Source of the DNA: a virus
Strand: one strand, 5' to 3'
Length of the DNA: 64,000 nucleotides
Virus record (IMG/VR): IMGVR_UViG_3300050035_000066
Span: 4,477-68,476 of that record
Shown here: one piece after another, positions 29,977 through 39,682 of the stretch
How the letters are laid out: the number at the start of each line of letters is the position of its first letter
Position numbering within the stretch: the stretch's first letter is position 1
Made by a program: the position numbers and the translations under genes
The notes under the pieces: model-generated
Databases searched by the model: none
The model's input: the letters and a program-made list of their open reading frames with translations, nothing else
What the model was told of the DNA's origin: nothing

Positions 29977-30306
29977 GTGGCACAGTTCAAATTCCTAAGT
30001 CAACAGTTTCTTGAAGCAATGGATGAGCTTGGCGAGTATGGTTTCACCAAGCATGGTGAAAACAGTTCTCAAGCCAAGATTCTCAAGGGCGATTTGTCTC
30101 GCTCTTATCCTCGACATCAAACCAAACAAATCATGGAACATGCTCGTGATCACACCCACCAATATGAGGGTGGTATCTATCACGATTACTTTGGAGATCT
30201 GATCCATCAACTAGCCGCTGTAGCCTACAACGCCATGATGGAAGCTCAGATGGCTGGGCTGGTTGATTCTGACATTCCGCAGGCAACTGCGGAAAATTCT
30301 GATTGA
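29977..30306 (+). CDS. dATP/dGTP diphosphohydrolase-like (DUF5664-like) protein
   Basis: G..KHG.N...HA..H..QY..G...D.....HQLAAVAYNAMM pattern. Confidence 0.55.
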   Translation: MAQFKFLSQQFLEAMDELGEYGFTKHGENSSQAKILKGDLSRSYPRHQTKQIMEHARDHTHQYEGGIYHDYFGDLIHQLAAVAYNAMMEAQMAGLVDSDIPQATAENSD

Positions 30307-30384
30307 GGTGTTGGACGTACTCTGATGGGCTACAACCAACACCTTTTCAGAAATATAATCCTATCTTACAGAAAGGATAAAACT

Positions 30385-30459
30385 ATGGCCTACAAACCTA
30401 AACCCATGCCGATGTCAAAGCCCAAGCCGAAACCCAAGATGTTCATTGCTTCGCTGTGA
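30385..30459 (+). CDS. 24-aa Lys/Pro-rich peptide MAYKPKPMPMSKPKPKPKMFIASL
   Basis: GAAAGGA RBS 7 nt upstream; lies in a structured intergenic region. Confidence 0.45.
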   Translation: MAYKPKPMPMSKPKPKPKMFIASL

Positions 30460-30683
30460 GAGGGGGTGATCCATATCTAATACAGAAGGCCCACGACTCG
30501 ACTCCTTGAGTGGTGGGCCTTTGTATTTCTTCAGTGAATTAGTTGCACAATATCTGTTGGGTTGTCCCCGGTAGATCGTTATGTGCAGCGGTTCGATCTT
30601 GCGCCTATAGATAAGATGTCACAAATTTCATTTTGGATGTGTTCTCAATTGCTCATTCTGTAAATATTTTTTTCGAGGTGTCA

Positions 30684-30914
30684 ATGGATCCAAGTTTAAA
30701 GGTTTCCATCCGTAAGGCGATAGCCGCTGATCACAATCGTAAACGTGAGCATCAAGAAACATGTGCTCTTCGTTTAACCAAAGAACAGATGACTTTCTTA
30801 ACTGACCAGCGAAAGAACTTTGGGGTCGGTCGAGGAACCTACATGCGTCGATTGCTTATCGTCGCTATGGAAAAGAGGAAGGCACGTGAACAAAAGATAG
30901 AGGAACTCATCTGA
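30684..30914 (+). CDS. Ribbon-helix-helix DNA-binding protein
   Basis: CALRLT.EQ..FL.......GVGRGTYMRRLL; upstream of rIIA. Confidence 0.65.
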   Translation: MDPSLKVSIRKAIAADHNRKREHQETCALRLTKEQMTFLTDQRKNFGVGRGTYMRRLLIVAMEKRKAREQKIEELI

Positions 30915-30974
30915 GTCTCTTCATTCTTTGTTTTTTGATTTCCATCTCTTAAACCCAAGGAGCAGAGTACCGAC

Positions 30975-33467
30975 ATGCAAGTTAGTGAAACGCATGACCA
31001 CGTAAATCATGCCATCATTGGGGGTCAAGCCTCTATTGAAATGGGCATCTCGACCAGTGCAGAATTCTTCAATATTCTGTCTACAACTTTGTATAAGGAT
31101 CAGATGTTGGCAGTGGTTCGTGAAGTCTTGTGCAATGCATGGGATTCACACATCGAATCCGGAATCAAAGACACACCCATCTCCATCACCATCAACAAAG
31201 AACAGTTCATCGTCAAGGATTTTGGCAAAGCCATTCATCATGACGACATAGGCCCGATCTACGGTGTCTATGGAAATTCCACCAAGAAGAACGATGGCAC
31301 CCAGACAGGTGGCTTCGGTCTTGGGTGCAAGGCTCCGTTCGCCTACACCGATCATTTTGAAGTAACCTCATGCCATGAGGGTGTGAAGACAATTTATCAT
31401 CTTTCAAAGGCAGCAATTCAGAGCAATGGCAAACCTGCTATCATTCCGATTGCTTCCTTTCCAACAACTGAAACTGGACTCACTGTCAAGATCGACATAA
31501 AGAATACCATTGATTATTCACGGTTTCTTTCACTTACTGAACGCATCGTGCATAACGGTGAGATGTTGGCAAAGATCAATGAGATCACGAAACCCAGACT
31601 CGGATTCGATTCCGCAGTTCGTAACTACTATGTGTATCGGGATATCAATTTACTCAACATTCCTTCATCGATTACAGTTCGTTACGGCAATGTGATTTAC
31701 CCTGTGGATTCAAGTAAGGAACTTTCTGATCCATATAATGCGATCATTAAATTTCTTAACAAGCTGAACACCTACCCCCATGAAAATTCTGGTTACAAAA
31801 TTCTATTTCAAGCACCCCCACATAGCTTATCAGTTACACCCAGCAGAGAGTCTCTGTCCATGCAAGAACATACTGTCAAAACTCTTCTGAAGATGTTTGA
31901 TGATTTTCTTGTAGAAATGAAAGCCAATTTTCAAATGGAGTGTGACAGCTTCGCAGAAACAACTATTCAAATGGCTGTCGAAGGAAAACTCTACAAAACT
32001 CTATTAAGTCGTGCTTGCCGTCTTCCTGTGGAACTTAAAAGTCAGAGAATGACCAAAGTCCTTCCTGATTGGAAAGCCATGGCAGAGCAGTACATGACTG
32101 CCACTTATCCAAAAGATCTTGAGTTTCGTAAGATCGATTGGAAGTGCCGTGTCATGCTCATGTCCCAAGAGAAACTTGTTGATCGTGGGATGGCTCAAAC
32201 ATGGTTGAAAGAAATCGACAATGTGACTGAACTCAACGATGAATATCATTGGAATCGTAAACCACATGCTTATCCTTGGTTGGGTAGACGCATCATTGCT
32301 CCACTTATTGGTAAGCTGAACATGGATCCAAATATGAAAGCCGACAAGCTCTATGTCATCGATACTGATGACGTTGGTTTCAGACATCAGGGTCGTGATC
32401 CCGGATTGATCCAAGCAAAGAAGATTCAGGTGAAACATCATTTTTACACAGCATCTTACTTGCGGAACATCATTGTCATTTCTCGACGCAAGTTTGATAT
32501 TCACAATCGAGTTATTGAACACGAAGTGTTCAAGAAATTTGGAGAGTCAACTGGTTACTTGTTTTACCACGTTGGCCTTAAGGTTGAAGACGCTGTGAAT
32601 GCCAGAGCATTCTTTGCCAAAACAGGCATGAATGTTGTGGATATGATCGATCGTCAAGATTGGGAAGAATTACCAATCTCGGTGATACGAAAATCTGATG
32701 CCACACTTCCACTTCGCAAACCTCGTAGCAAAGGACTGGTAACAGTCAAATCACTCCTCCAACATGGTCGAGTGAACACGGACATGATTCACAGTGAGAA
32801 TGCTGAAAGGTTAGAGAAGCCTGAGTATGTGGTTCGAATTTATAAAGAATCACAAAACAACTCAACTTCATTTTTGAACTTCCTCAATGGTGATCAAGCA
32901 CAAGTATTTGCAGAACTCTATGGAGATCGTGGGTGTGCCACACTCAACAAAATCCAATACAACAACTACATCAAAAAAGGTGCTCGTACTCTTCAGGATT
33001 TCTTACTCGATGAGATTGTCAGTTACTTCTATGCCAATTTAACCGAAATCAAGAAATGGTGGTCTTGCTATCCGAATAGGATCGTGGATCACAATAAGGC
33101 AATGGGTCGTTTAGATTATGAGCAGCAGAATGTGCTCAAAGCGATCTATAAAATCCCGGAGTTGGCGACTCAGTATCAGGTTACGGCCACACTAACAGAC
33201 ACCTCGAACAAGTACGTTCGACTTTATGATGCAGTGGTTGGGAATAGATATCACAACAATCATCCAGCTTTCACAACTCTGAAAGGAATAATCGATCAGA
33301 TTATTCTGAGTAAGGACAACCAACTTCTGTTCAAGAAACTCACAGAATGTAAGTTATTAAATATGCTGGATGGTAACGATCTCTATGAAGTTTACAACCG
33401 CATCAAAACCAAACCGACACAATTGGCTTCGTTCTTGTCAATTGTCACAACCATCCTGAACAGCTAG
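30975..33467 (+). CDS. rIIA: rIIA-like protein
   Basis: GHKL N-domain: LYKDQMLAVVREVLCNAWDSH, DFG, STK, GGFGLGCKAPFAY. Confidence 0.92.
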   Translation: MQVSETHDHVNHAIIGGQASIEMGISTSAEFFNILSTTLYKDQMLAVVREVLCNAWDSHIESGIKDTPISITINKEQFIVKDFGKAIHHDDIGPIYGVYGNSTKKNDGTQTGGFGLGCKAPFAYTDHFEVTSCHEGVKTIYHLSKAAIQSNGKPAIIPIASFPTTETGLTVKIDIKNTIDYSRFLSLTERIVHNGEMLAKINEITKPRLGFDSAVRNYYVYRDINLLNIPSSITVRYGNVIYPVDSSKELSDPYNAIIKFLNKLNTYPHENSGYKILFQAPPHSLSVTPSRESLSMQEHTVKTLLKMFDDFLVEMKANFQMECDSFAETTIQMAVEGKLYKTLLSRACRLPVELKSQRMTKVLPDWKAMAEQYMTATYPKDLEFRKIDWKCRVMLMSQEKLVDRGMAQTWLKEIDNVTELNDEYHWNRKPHAYPWLGRRIIAPLIGKLNMDPNMKADKLYVIDTDDVGFRHQGRDPGLIQAKKIQVKHHFYTASYLRNIIVISRRKFDIHNRVIEHEVFKKFGESTGYLFYHVGLKVEDAVNARAFFAKTGMNVVDMIDRQDWEELPISVIRKSDATLPLRKPRSKGLVTVKSLLQHGRVNTDMIHSENAERLEKPEYVVRIYKESQNNSTSFLNFLNGDQAQVFAELYGDRGCATLNKIQYNNYIKKGARTLQDFLLDEIVSYFYANLTEIKKWWSCYPNRIVDHNKAMGRLDYEQQNVLKAIYKIPELATQYQVTATLTDTSNKYVRLYDAVVGNRYHNNHPAFTTLKGIIDQIILSKDNQLLFKKLTECKLLNMLDGNDLYEVYNRIKTKPTQLASFLSIVTTILNS

Positions 33468-33477
33468 GAGTTTCAAA

Positions 33478-35289
33478 TTGATCAACGAATTCCGAATTGT
33501 CGCTGCGGTGCTCGATACGGTAAAGCTCACCTTGTATGGGGAAGATGGAGTAACCATCACTCTCACACAGGGTGACGCTCGTATTCGTCGCATCGTTGAC
33601 GAAGTCATTCCTCAGATCCGTGATAACGGATTTGCCGTTGTAAATCTAGCAACTGAAGTAGGGAATCCTTATGCAGACTTTGAAGAGAAGTCTGGGAAGG
33701 TTCGCTTCTTCCGTGTTGCCAAAGACAAGCTGAAGAATCTTTTTGGCTTTGGATCCAAAAAAGAAGAAATCCCAGTTGTCGAAGTTACACTTCAATCAAC
33801 TGCTGGTGAAATACTCGTTGCTGATTTGCTCAGTAAGAAAAGCAACGAGAATGTTGCTGATGCAGTTATTGCCCCGATCAGCAAAAACGTAATCGATGAG
33901 ATTATGCAACATGCTACTCCAGCAACTGATCCGATGTTCTCGGAAGAGGGTCTGGATAAGCAAGCTTCGATTACGGATGAAACTGGGCACACACCAAGTC
34001 ATCCAACTGTGACTGATTCTACGGATACGATCATTGCCGTAATCGACAACAAGATCGTCCCCGGCATGGAACGCATCAAGTCTCAGTTTGATCGGGCTGC
34101 CAAGCTCGGTTCAGTCATCGGTGTGGAAAAATTCTTGGAACGTCTCAGTAAAGTCATCAGTCAACGTAGACACTCGGTCGATGATCTTCTCCAGTTTCTT
34201 GAGAGAGGTGATCTTCCGATTGCTGACGATGGTTGCATCTTGATTTATAAGATGTTGAAAAGATGCAACTTCAATCAGTATCCCAATGCTGCCTACGCCG
34301 ACTGTCACACCAATAAGGTGCCACAGTGGGTTGGTGCTCGTGTCTTCATGAATCCAAAGCTCGTTGATCCCAATCGACAGCAGGATTGCTCCAACGGTCT
34401 GCACGTAGCTCGTAGGGGCTATATGGGCAACTTCAGTGGAGATGTCTGCGTCATGGCCAAACTGGCACCTGAAGATGTGATCGCAGTGCCTGAATACGAT
34501 GCCAACAAGATGAGGGTATGTGGTTACAACATCATCTTTGAATTGTCCAGCGAGCATTATGCTCTGCTCAAGTCGAACAAACCTCTGACATTAGTTGACA
34601 GCGGAAAAATGCTGTTGGCAAGAGCACTCAAGGGAGATCATCCCAAGATGACGGACACCGTAGAAATTACGAAAGGACAGGGTGGAGGAATCAAGGTTAC
34701 ACATTTGATTCCACCTTCCAAGCCCGTAGCACCAATCGTTTTAATGGAACCAAAACAAGAATTGGTTCCTGCTGAAGCTCTCCCTGACAACAATGCTGAA
34801 GCGTTCGACAGTCCTGTTGATCCTCGCCAAGTTGTCAAGGAAGTGGAAAAGGGAACAGAAAACCGGAAAGAAAAGGTTCATGCTCTCATGGCCGCTTTCT
34901 TGCAATCCATGCAGGGAACCAACGAACCAAAGCAACTTGCATTGGTAGAGCAACTTGTCCAGATTAAAAAAGCTGCCAAAGTCAGTTGGGAACGTCTCGG
35001 TGTTAGTCCGGAAACAGTCGCTTTAATGGACAGTCTTCTGGTCGTGGTAACACCAACAACAAAAATCCCACCAACAGTGGCAACCCCTCCACCACAAGTT
35101 GTATCCAATGAACAGGAGAATCAAAGCTTGTCTCAAAGGATACTGAAACTCGCCTCCATCACCCTGATGGATGTCAACACTGCCCAAAGCATCTTGGAAA
35201 TCAAGAAAAAGGCTAAGAAGAGTTGGACAGCCCTGAAAGTTCCAGACGAGATCGTGAATCGAGTCTTGGCGCTTACCACCTCAAAGTAA
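33478..35289 (+). CDS. rIIB: rIIB-like protein
   Basis: LPIADDG..LIYK...DCHT...VDPNRQQDCSNGLHVA...DVIAVP.YDANKMRVCGY. Confidence 0.9.
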   Translation: MINEFRIVAAVLDTVKLTLYGEDGVTITLTQGDARIRRIVDEVIPQIRDNGFAVVNLATEVGNPYADFEEKSGKVRFFRVAKDKLKNLFGFGSKKEEIPVVEVTLQSTAGEILVADLLSKKSNENVADAVIAPISKNVIDEIMQHATPATDPMFSEEGLDKQASITDETGHTPSHPTVTDSTDTIIAVIDNKIVPGMERIKSQFDRAAKLGSVIGVEKFLERLSKVISQRRHSVDDLLQFLERGDLPIADDGCILIYKMLKRCNFNQYPNAAYADCHTNKVPQWVGARVFMNPKLVDPNRQQDCSNGLHVARRGYMGNFSGDVCVMAKLAPEDVIAVPEYDANKMRVCGYNIIFELSSEHYALLKSNKPLTLVDSGKMLLARALKGDHPKMTDTVEITKGQGGGIKVTHLIPPSKPVAPIVLMEPKQELVPAEALPDNNAEAFDSPVDPRQVVKEVEKGTENRKEKVHALMAAFLQSMQGTNEPKQLALVEQLVQIKKAAKVSWERLGVSPETVALMDSLLVVVTPTTKIPPTVATPPPQVVSNEQENQSLSQRILKLASITLMDVNTAQSILEIKKKAKKSWTALKVPDEIVNRVLALTTSK

Positions 35290-35292
35290 TAT

Positions 35293-35330
35293 TTGCGTAC
35301 ACCCCCTTTCCAAGTTATACTGGGGGTGTA
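35293..35330 (+). promoter_or_regulatory. Sigma70-type promoter TTGCGT-N17-TATACT overlapped by an inverted repeat
   Basis: TTGCGT acaccccctttccaagt TATACT; inverted repeat tacaccccc...gggggtgta. Confidence 0.6.
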
Positions 35331-35358
35331 CTCGAATTTGACTTGGAACGGAAATCCT

Positions 35359-35664
35359 ATGTCCGACGTTTACCGCGCAAACAGGAAGGCTACCGACGCA
35401 GACATCCTCCGGCTGAACACTGTTGGATTGTCATTGGCTACCATTGCCCGTGCGTTGGGCTGCCACCCCACAACTATAACTTTGCGGTTGAAATCCCTGA
35501 AGGTTGCACCTGCGGATACCCGCAGAGCCTTTATGGAAGATGTATTCTTGTCTCTCTCTGAACCAGAGCAGGAATGGTTTGCTGACACTATTCAGACAGT
35601 CCATTCCCTTCGGGAATTCATCACCAAGCTCATCACCGATGAGTATCAACGCACACACCCATAG
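35359..35664 (+). CDS. HTH DNA-binding protein (conserved N4-like)
   Basis: ILRLNTVGLSLATIARALGCHPTTITLRL...PADTRRAFME. Confidence 0.85.
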   Translation: MSDVYRANRKATDADILRLNTVGLSLATIARALGCHPTTITLRLKSLKVAPADTRRAFMEDVFLSLSEPEQEWFADTIQTVHSLREFITKLITDEYQRTHP

Positions 35665-35690
35665 TTTCTAGCCCTCCCCCATCTCACAAG

Positions 35691-35716
35691 AGAAGCCTCC
35701 GTAAGGGGGCTTTTCT
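35691..35716 (+). terminator. Intrinsic terminator
   Basis: agaagcctcc gtaa gggggctttt ct. Confidence 0.65.
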
Positions 35717-35729
35717 ACAGGAAGAACAA

Positions 35730-37064
35730 ATGACATTCGAGAGCGAATCGATTCTGAATCAGGATCAAGAGACAGCCGCTGAAGGCTTCTTCAAATATTT
35801 GTTTGATAAAGGCACCGAGCTTATCATCAGCGGTCCCGGAGGTGTGGGAAAGACATTCCTCATGGGTCATCTGATCGACACGATCATGCCGCGTTATCAT
35901 GAAACTTGTAAACTCATGGGAATCGATCCCATTTACCATTCCGTGATCATGACGGCAACCACTAACAAAGCCGCAGAAGTGCTCGGGCAGGCCACCAATA
36001 GGCCCACCCAGACCATCCATTCATTCCTTAACCTCAAGGTGTTGGACGACTACAACACAGGCAGGAGCAAGCTCATAAAGACTCGCAACTGGACTGTGCA
36101 TCAGAATCTGATTATCTTCATTGACGAATCTTCAATGATCGACCGACCTCTGTTGGAAATGATCCGTGAAGGAACCAGTCAGTGTAAGGTCATTTATGTG
36201 GGAGATCATTGTCAATTAGCTCCCATCATGGAACCGATTAGTCCCATCTATCGTCAGGAAATTCCGTTCTATGAACTGACGATTCCCATGCGAACTGACA
36301 ATCCACACTTGCAGGAAATCAACAATCAGTTGCGAGAGACAGTCAAAACTGGGATCTTTAAACCGATCAAGGTTGTTCCCGGTGTGATCGACTATCTCAA
36401 CTCTGCTGAAATGGAAGCAGAGATCAACAAAGTATTCGTTGAGAAGAAAACCAACAATCGAGTGCTGGCTTATACAAATGTTCGTGTCATAGATTACAAC
36501 GATTACATTCGACAGATCAGGAGTTACACCGAAACATATGTTTTAGGTGAGCAGTTGATCAATAATAACGCCATTCAAGTCAAAGCTGGATCCAATCATG
36601 GAATGATTTCTGTAGAAGAGGAAGTTGAAATCGTCAAGATGGCAACTTCTACCACTATGGTGGTGATCGATGAAAAAGATCCGCATAATCCAGTAGAATT
36701 GGAAGTGCTGGTTTGCGATTTGAAAACACCTTACAGAGAAACTTTCCAAGACATTCCGCTACCTGTGGACAAGGCTCATTTTGCGAGATTGATCAAGCAC
36801 TACTCTCAGCAAAAGAATTGGTTCACCTACTTCTTACTCAAGAATACTTATCCTGATTTACGTCCTCGTGATGCAGCTACTGTGCATAAAGCACAGGGCA
36901 GCACTTACGATACCGTATTTCTTGATCTCACCAATCTCTCTACCTGCCATAATCCGAATCAGGTAGCACGTATGATGTATGTAGCTTTCACCCGAGCACG
37001 TCAGCGTGTTGTCCTTTATGGAGAACTGGCAAATAAATACGGGAGTCTGCTACAAGGAGCTTGA
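35730..37064 (+). CDS. SF1 (Dda/RecD-like) DNA helicase
   Basis: GPGGVGKT, IDESSM, VGDHCQL, TVHKAQGST, YVAFTRA. Confidence 0.93.
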   Translation: MTFESESILNQDQETAAEGFFKYLFDKGTELIISGPGGVGKTFLMGHLIDTIMPRYHETCKLMGIDPIYHSVIMTATTNKAAEVLGQATNRPTQTIHSFLNLKVLDDYNTGRSKLIKTRNWTVHQNLIIFIDESSMIDRPLLEMIREGTSQCKVIYVGDHCQLAPIMEPISPIYRQEIPFYELTIPMRTDNPHLQEINNQLRETVKTGIFKPIKVVPGVIDYLNSAEMEAEINKVFVEKKTNNRVLAYTNVRVIDYNDYIRQIRSYTETYVLGEQLINNNAIQVKAGSNHGMISVEEEVEIVKMATSTTMVVIDEKDPHNPVELEVLVCDLKTPYRETFQDIPLPVDKAHFARLIKHYSQQKNWFTYFLLKNTYPDLRPRDAATVHKAQGSTYDTVFLDLTNLSTCHNPNQVARMMYVAFTRARQRVVLYGELANKYGSLLQGA

Positions 37065-37580
37065 ATGCAGAATTCCTATCAATGGGTTGACAGTATCATC
37101 ACCAAACTTTTTGAAGCCGAGGATAACTATTTTGATAGACTGATCGTTGATCTCAATCGCATGAATTGCGAAGTCAAGAAGAAGAGTTTCCGAGGCTTCA
37201 TGCACATGGGAGTACGATATATACCTAGATCAGAACGATGGTCTGTACGCACTGGTCGTGTTCCCACACCCTTACCAAGTCTGGATTTTTCTTTGTTGGA
37301 TCAATCCGACAAGTTAACTGTTCACTTCAATCGCGTGAATCTGGATAAGAGTCAAATCAGACAAATTCTGTTTGAACTACTCTGCCATTGCAACACTCTC
37401 CAGGAAATTCGAGATTCACTTCCAGAGTGCCTTGTGCCTCTTGTTCCAGACGTGCAGAGTCTACCTCGATTCATTCAAAATCAATTCTATCTGGTTCAAG
37501 GAAACAAATATTTCATGCGCCAGTATGAAAAGGTTCTGCCAAAAATCGAATATTACTCTACAGTTCACCTAATTTATTGA
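37065..37580 (+). CDS. Conserved N4-like protein (gp38-like)
   Basis: Lies between helicase and polymerase; QEIRDSLPECL motif. Confidence 0.7.
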   Translation: MQNSYQWVDSIITKLFEAEDNYFDRLIVDLNRMNCEVKKKSFRGFMHMGVRYIPRSERWSVRTGRVPTPLPSLDFSLLDQSDKLTVHFNRVNLDKSQIRQILFELLCHCNTLQEIRDSLPECLVPLVPDVQSLPRFIQNQFYLVQGNKYFMRQYEKVLPKIEYYSTVHLIY

Positions 37581-37594
37581 GAAAGGTCTGCTGA

Positions 37595-39622
37595 ATGCGC
37601 TACCTGTCATTTTCAGAACAACCGACTTATCCAATTGCAATTCTGGTTTCGGTTATTCGTAAAGATGAGATCTTGCGAGAGTATGTCAATCAGTTCGACA
37701 TTCCTCAAGACGATGTGATGGTCCTTGACCTGCACTATGCACAAGGCAAGAAGAAAACTCCCGCAGTTGAAATGAAGCAATACATCACAGAGGAGTTGAT
37801 TCCAGCATTGACTACGATGGAAGCCAAATACATTGTGGTTACGGATTCGGAATATTTCAAGATACTCACCAAGGCACAGAGAACCGAAATCAATCTAGGT
37901 TATGTGCTTGATTGTGCCTATGGTGACTTCAAGGTTGTCTACGTTCCGAACTATCGCACGATCTTTTACGATCCGGAAAAAATCAGAGCCAAAATCAAAC
38001 AAGGAATAAACGCTTTGCTTCATCACATTGGTGGCAGCTACAAAGCTCCTGGCAATGGCATTATCAAGTTCGCAGCCTATCCAAAGACAGATGAAGAAAT
38101 TCAAGCATGGTTGGATAAGTTGCTGGACATGAACACCGACCTATCTATAGATATTGAAGGCTTCAGCCTCAAGCATTATAAAGCTGGAATTGGAACCATC
38201 ACTTTCTGTTGGTCAAAGCATGAGGGAATAGCCTTCCCAGTTGATTACGTTCCCATTCCCGGAGCCACCAGTGCCCCCTATGGTCAACAAGTTCGTAATG
38301 AACCAAGAAGGAAAATGCTTCGAGCCTTTTTTAAGAAGTTCTTGAAGAGAGCTTTGTATCACAGCATCCACTATGATGTGTGTGTACTAATCCAGCAATT
38401 GTTCATGTCCAATTTGTTGGATACCGAAGGAACATTGAACGGTCTGGATATCCTGCTTAGGAATTGGGAAGACACCAAGCTCATCACTTACTTGGCTACC
38501 AACTCCTGTTCAGGAAACAAACTTTCATTGAAGGATCAAGCTCAGGAATTTGCCGGCAACTACGGCTTGACTGAGATTGAAGACATTAGTCGAATTCCTC
38601 TTGATGAACTTTTGCATTATAACCTCATTGATGGTTTGTCCACTTGGTATACCTATGAAAAGCATTATCCAGTCATGGTAGCTGATCAGCAACTTGATCT
38701 CTATCAGGGTCTGTTCAAAGATGCAATCGTGGATATTATCCAAATGCAGTTGACCGGATTGCCTGTCAACATGAAACGAACTATCGAAGTCAAAAGTCTA
38801 TTAGAGGCCGATGAAACCAAAGCATTGAAGACAATCCTAACCAGCAAAGTGGTGAAAGATTTCACCAAAGTGATGAATAAGGATTGGGTCGTGAAACGCA
38901 ATGCCAAGTTAAAAGTCAAGAGAGTCTCACTTTCTGACGCAAATGAAACTTTCAATCCCAATTCCGGACCTCAACTTCAGAAACTGCTTTATGAAATGCT
39001 TGTACTGCCGGTGATCTCGTACACAGATAGTAAACAACCATCTGTGGACAAAGATACATTGACAGCTTTGGTTCATCACGCCAAGGATCTCGATGCCAAG
39101 AATTTTCTTTTGGCTATGATCGACTACTCGTCGGTCAACAAGATTCTTACGAGCTTCATTCCAGCTTTAATGGATGCAGCTTTAGGGCCAGATGGTTGGC
39201 ATTATGTATTTGGCAGTTTCAATCTGGGAGGAACTGTCTCAGGTCGTCTCAGTAGCTCTGATCCAAATTTACAAAATCTTCCAGCGACGGGAACCAAATA
39301 TGCAAAGCTGATCAAGAGTTGCTTCGAGGCACCTCCGGGTTGGTTGTTGTGTGGTTTGGATTTCGCTTCATTGGAAGACAAAATCAGTGCCCTCACAACC
39401 AAGGATCCTAACAAGATCAAGGTTTACACCGATGGTTATGATGGTCACAGTCTCAGAGCACAAGCGTACTTTGGTGATCAAATGCCTAAGATCCGACTAT
39501 CTAACGGCAGAAGAGCTTTCAAAGTCACATCATCAACAGGTACGTTGTATTTGCTGGAAGGCGATGTCGTGGTTCTCCCCAATGGTCGGCAAATGCCGAT
39601 CGAACTAGCGATCACGAATTAG
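37595..39622 (+). CDS. Family A DNA polymerase, N-terminal part (exonuclease + motif A)
   Basis: DIEG exo I, YNLID exo III, TVSGRLSSSDPNLQN, DFASLEDKI motif A. Confidence 0.93.
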   Translation: MRYLSFSEQPTYPIAILVSVIRKDEILREYVNQFDIPQDDVMVLDLHYAQGKKKTPAVEMKQYITEELIPALTTMEAKYIVVTDSEYFKILTKAQRTEINLGYVLDCAYGDFKVVYVPNYRTIFYDPEKIRAKIKQGINALLHHIGGSYKAPGNGIIKFAAYPKTDEEIQAWLDKLLDMNTDLSIDIEGFSLKHYKAGIGTITFCWSKHEGIAFPVDYVPIPGATSAPYGQQVRNEPRRKMLRAFFKKFLKRALYHSIHYDVCVLIQQLFMSNLLDTEGTLNGLDILLRNWEDTKLITYLATNSCSGNKLSLKDQAQEFAGNYGLTEIEDISRIPLDELLHYNLIDGLSTWYTYEKHYPVMVADQQLDLYQGLFKDAIVDIIQMQLTGLPVNMKRTIEVKSLLEADETKALKTILTSKVVKDFTKVMNKDWVVKRNAKLKVKRVSLSDANETFNPNSGPQLQKLLYEMLVLPVISYTDSKQPSVDKDTLTALVHHAKDLDAKNFLLAMIDYSSVNKILTSFIPALMDAALGPDGWHYVFGSFNLGGTVSGRLSSSDPNLQNLPATGTKYAKLIKSCFEAPPGWLLCGLDFASLEDKISALTTKDPNKIKVYTDGYDGHSLRAQAYFGDQMPKIRLSNGRRAFKVTSSTGTLYLLEGDVVVLPNGRQMPIELAITN

Positions 39623-39682
39623 CCCCAGCCAATGGCCTCACCTTAGACGGAAGGTGGGGCCATCTGAATTCAAGGAGAAAGC

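Noticed and set aside
29977-30306. Z-DNA or 7-deazaguanine genome modification implied by the DUF5664-like gene
   Set aside because: No purZ, dpdA or que genes in the window
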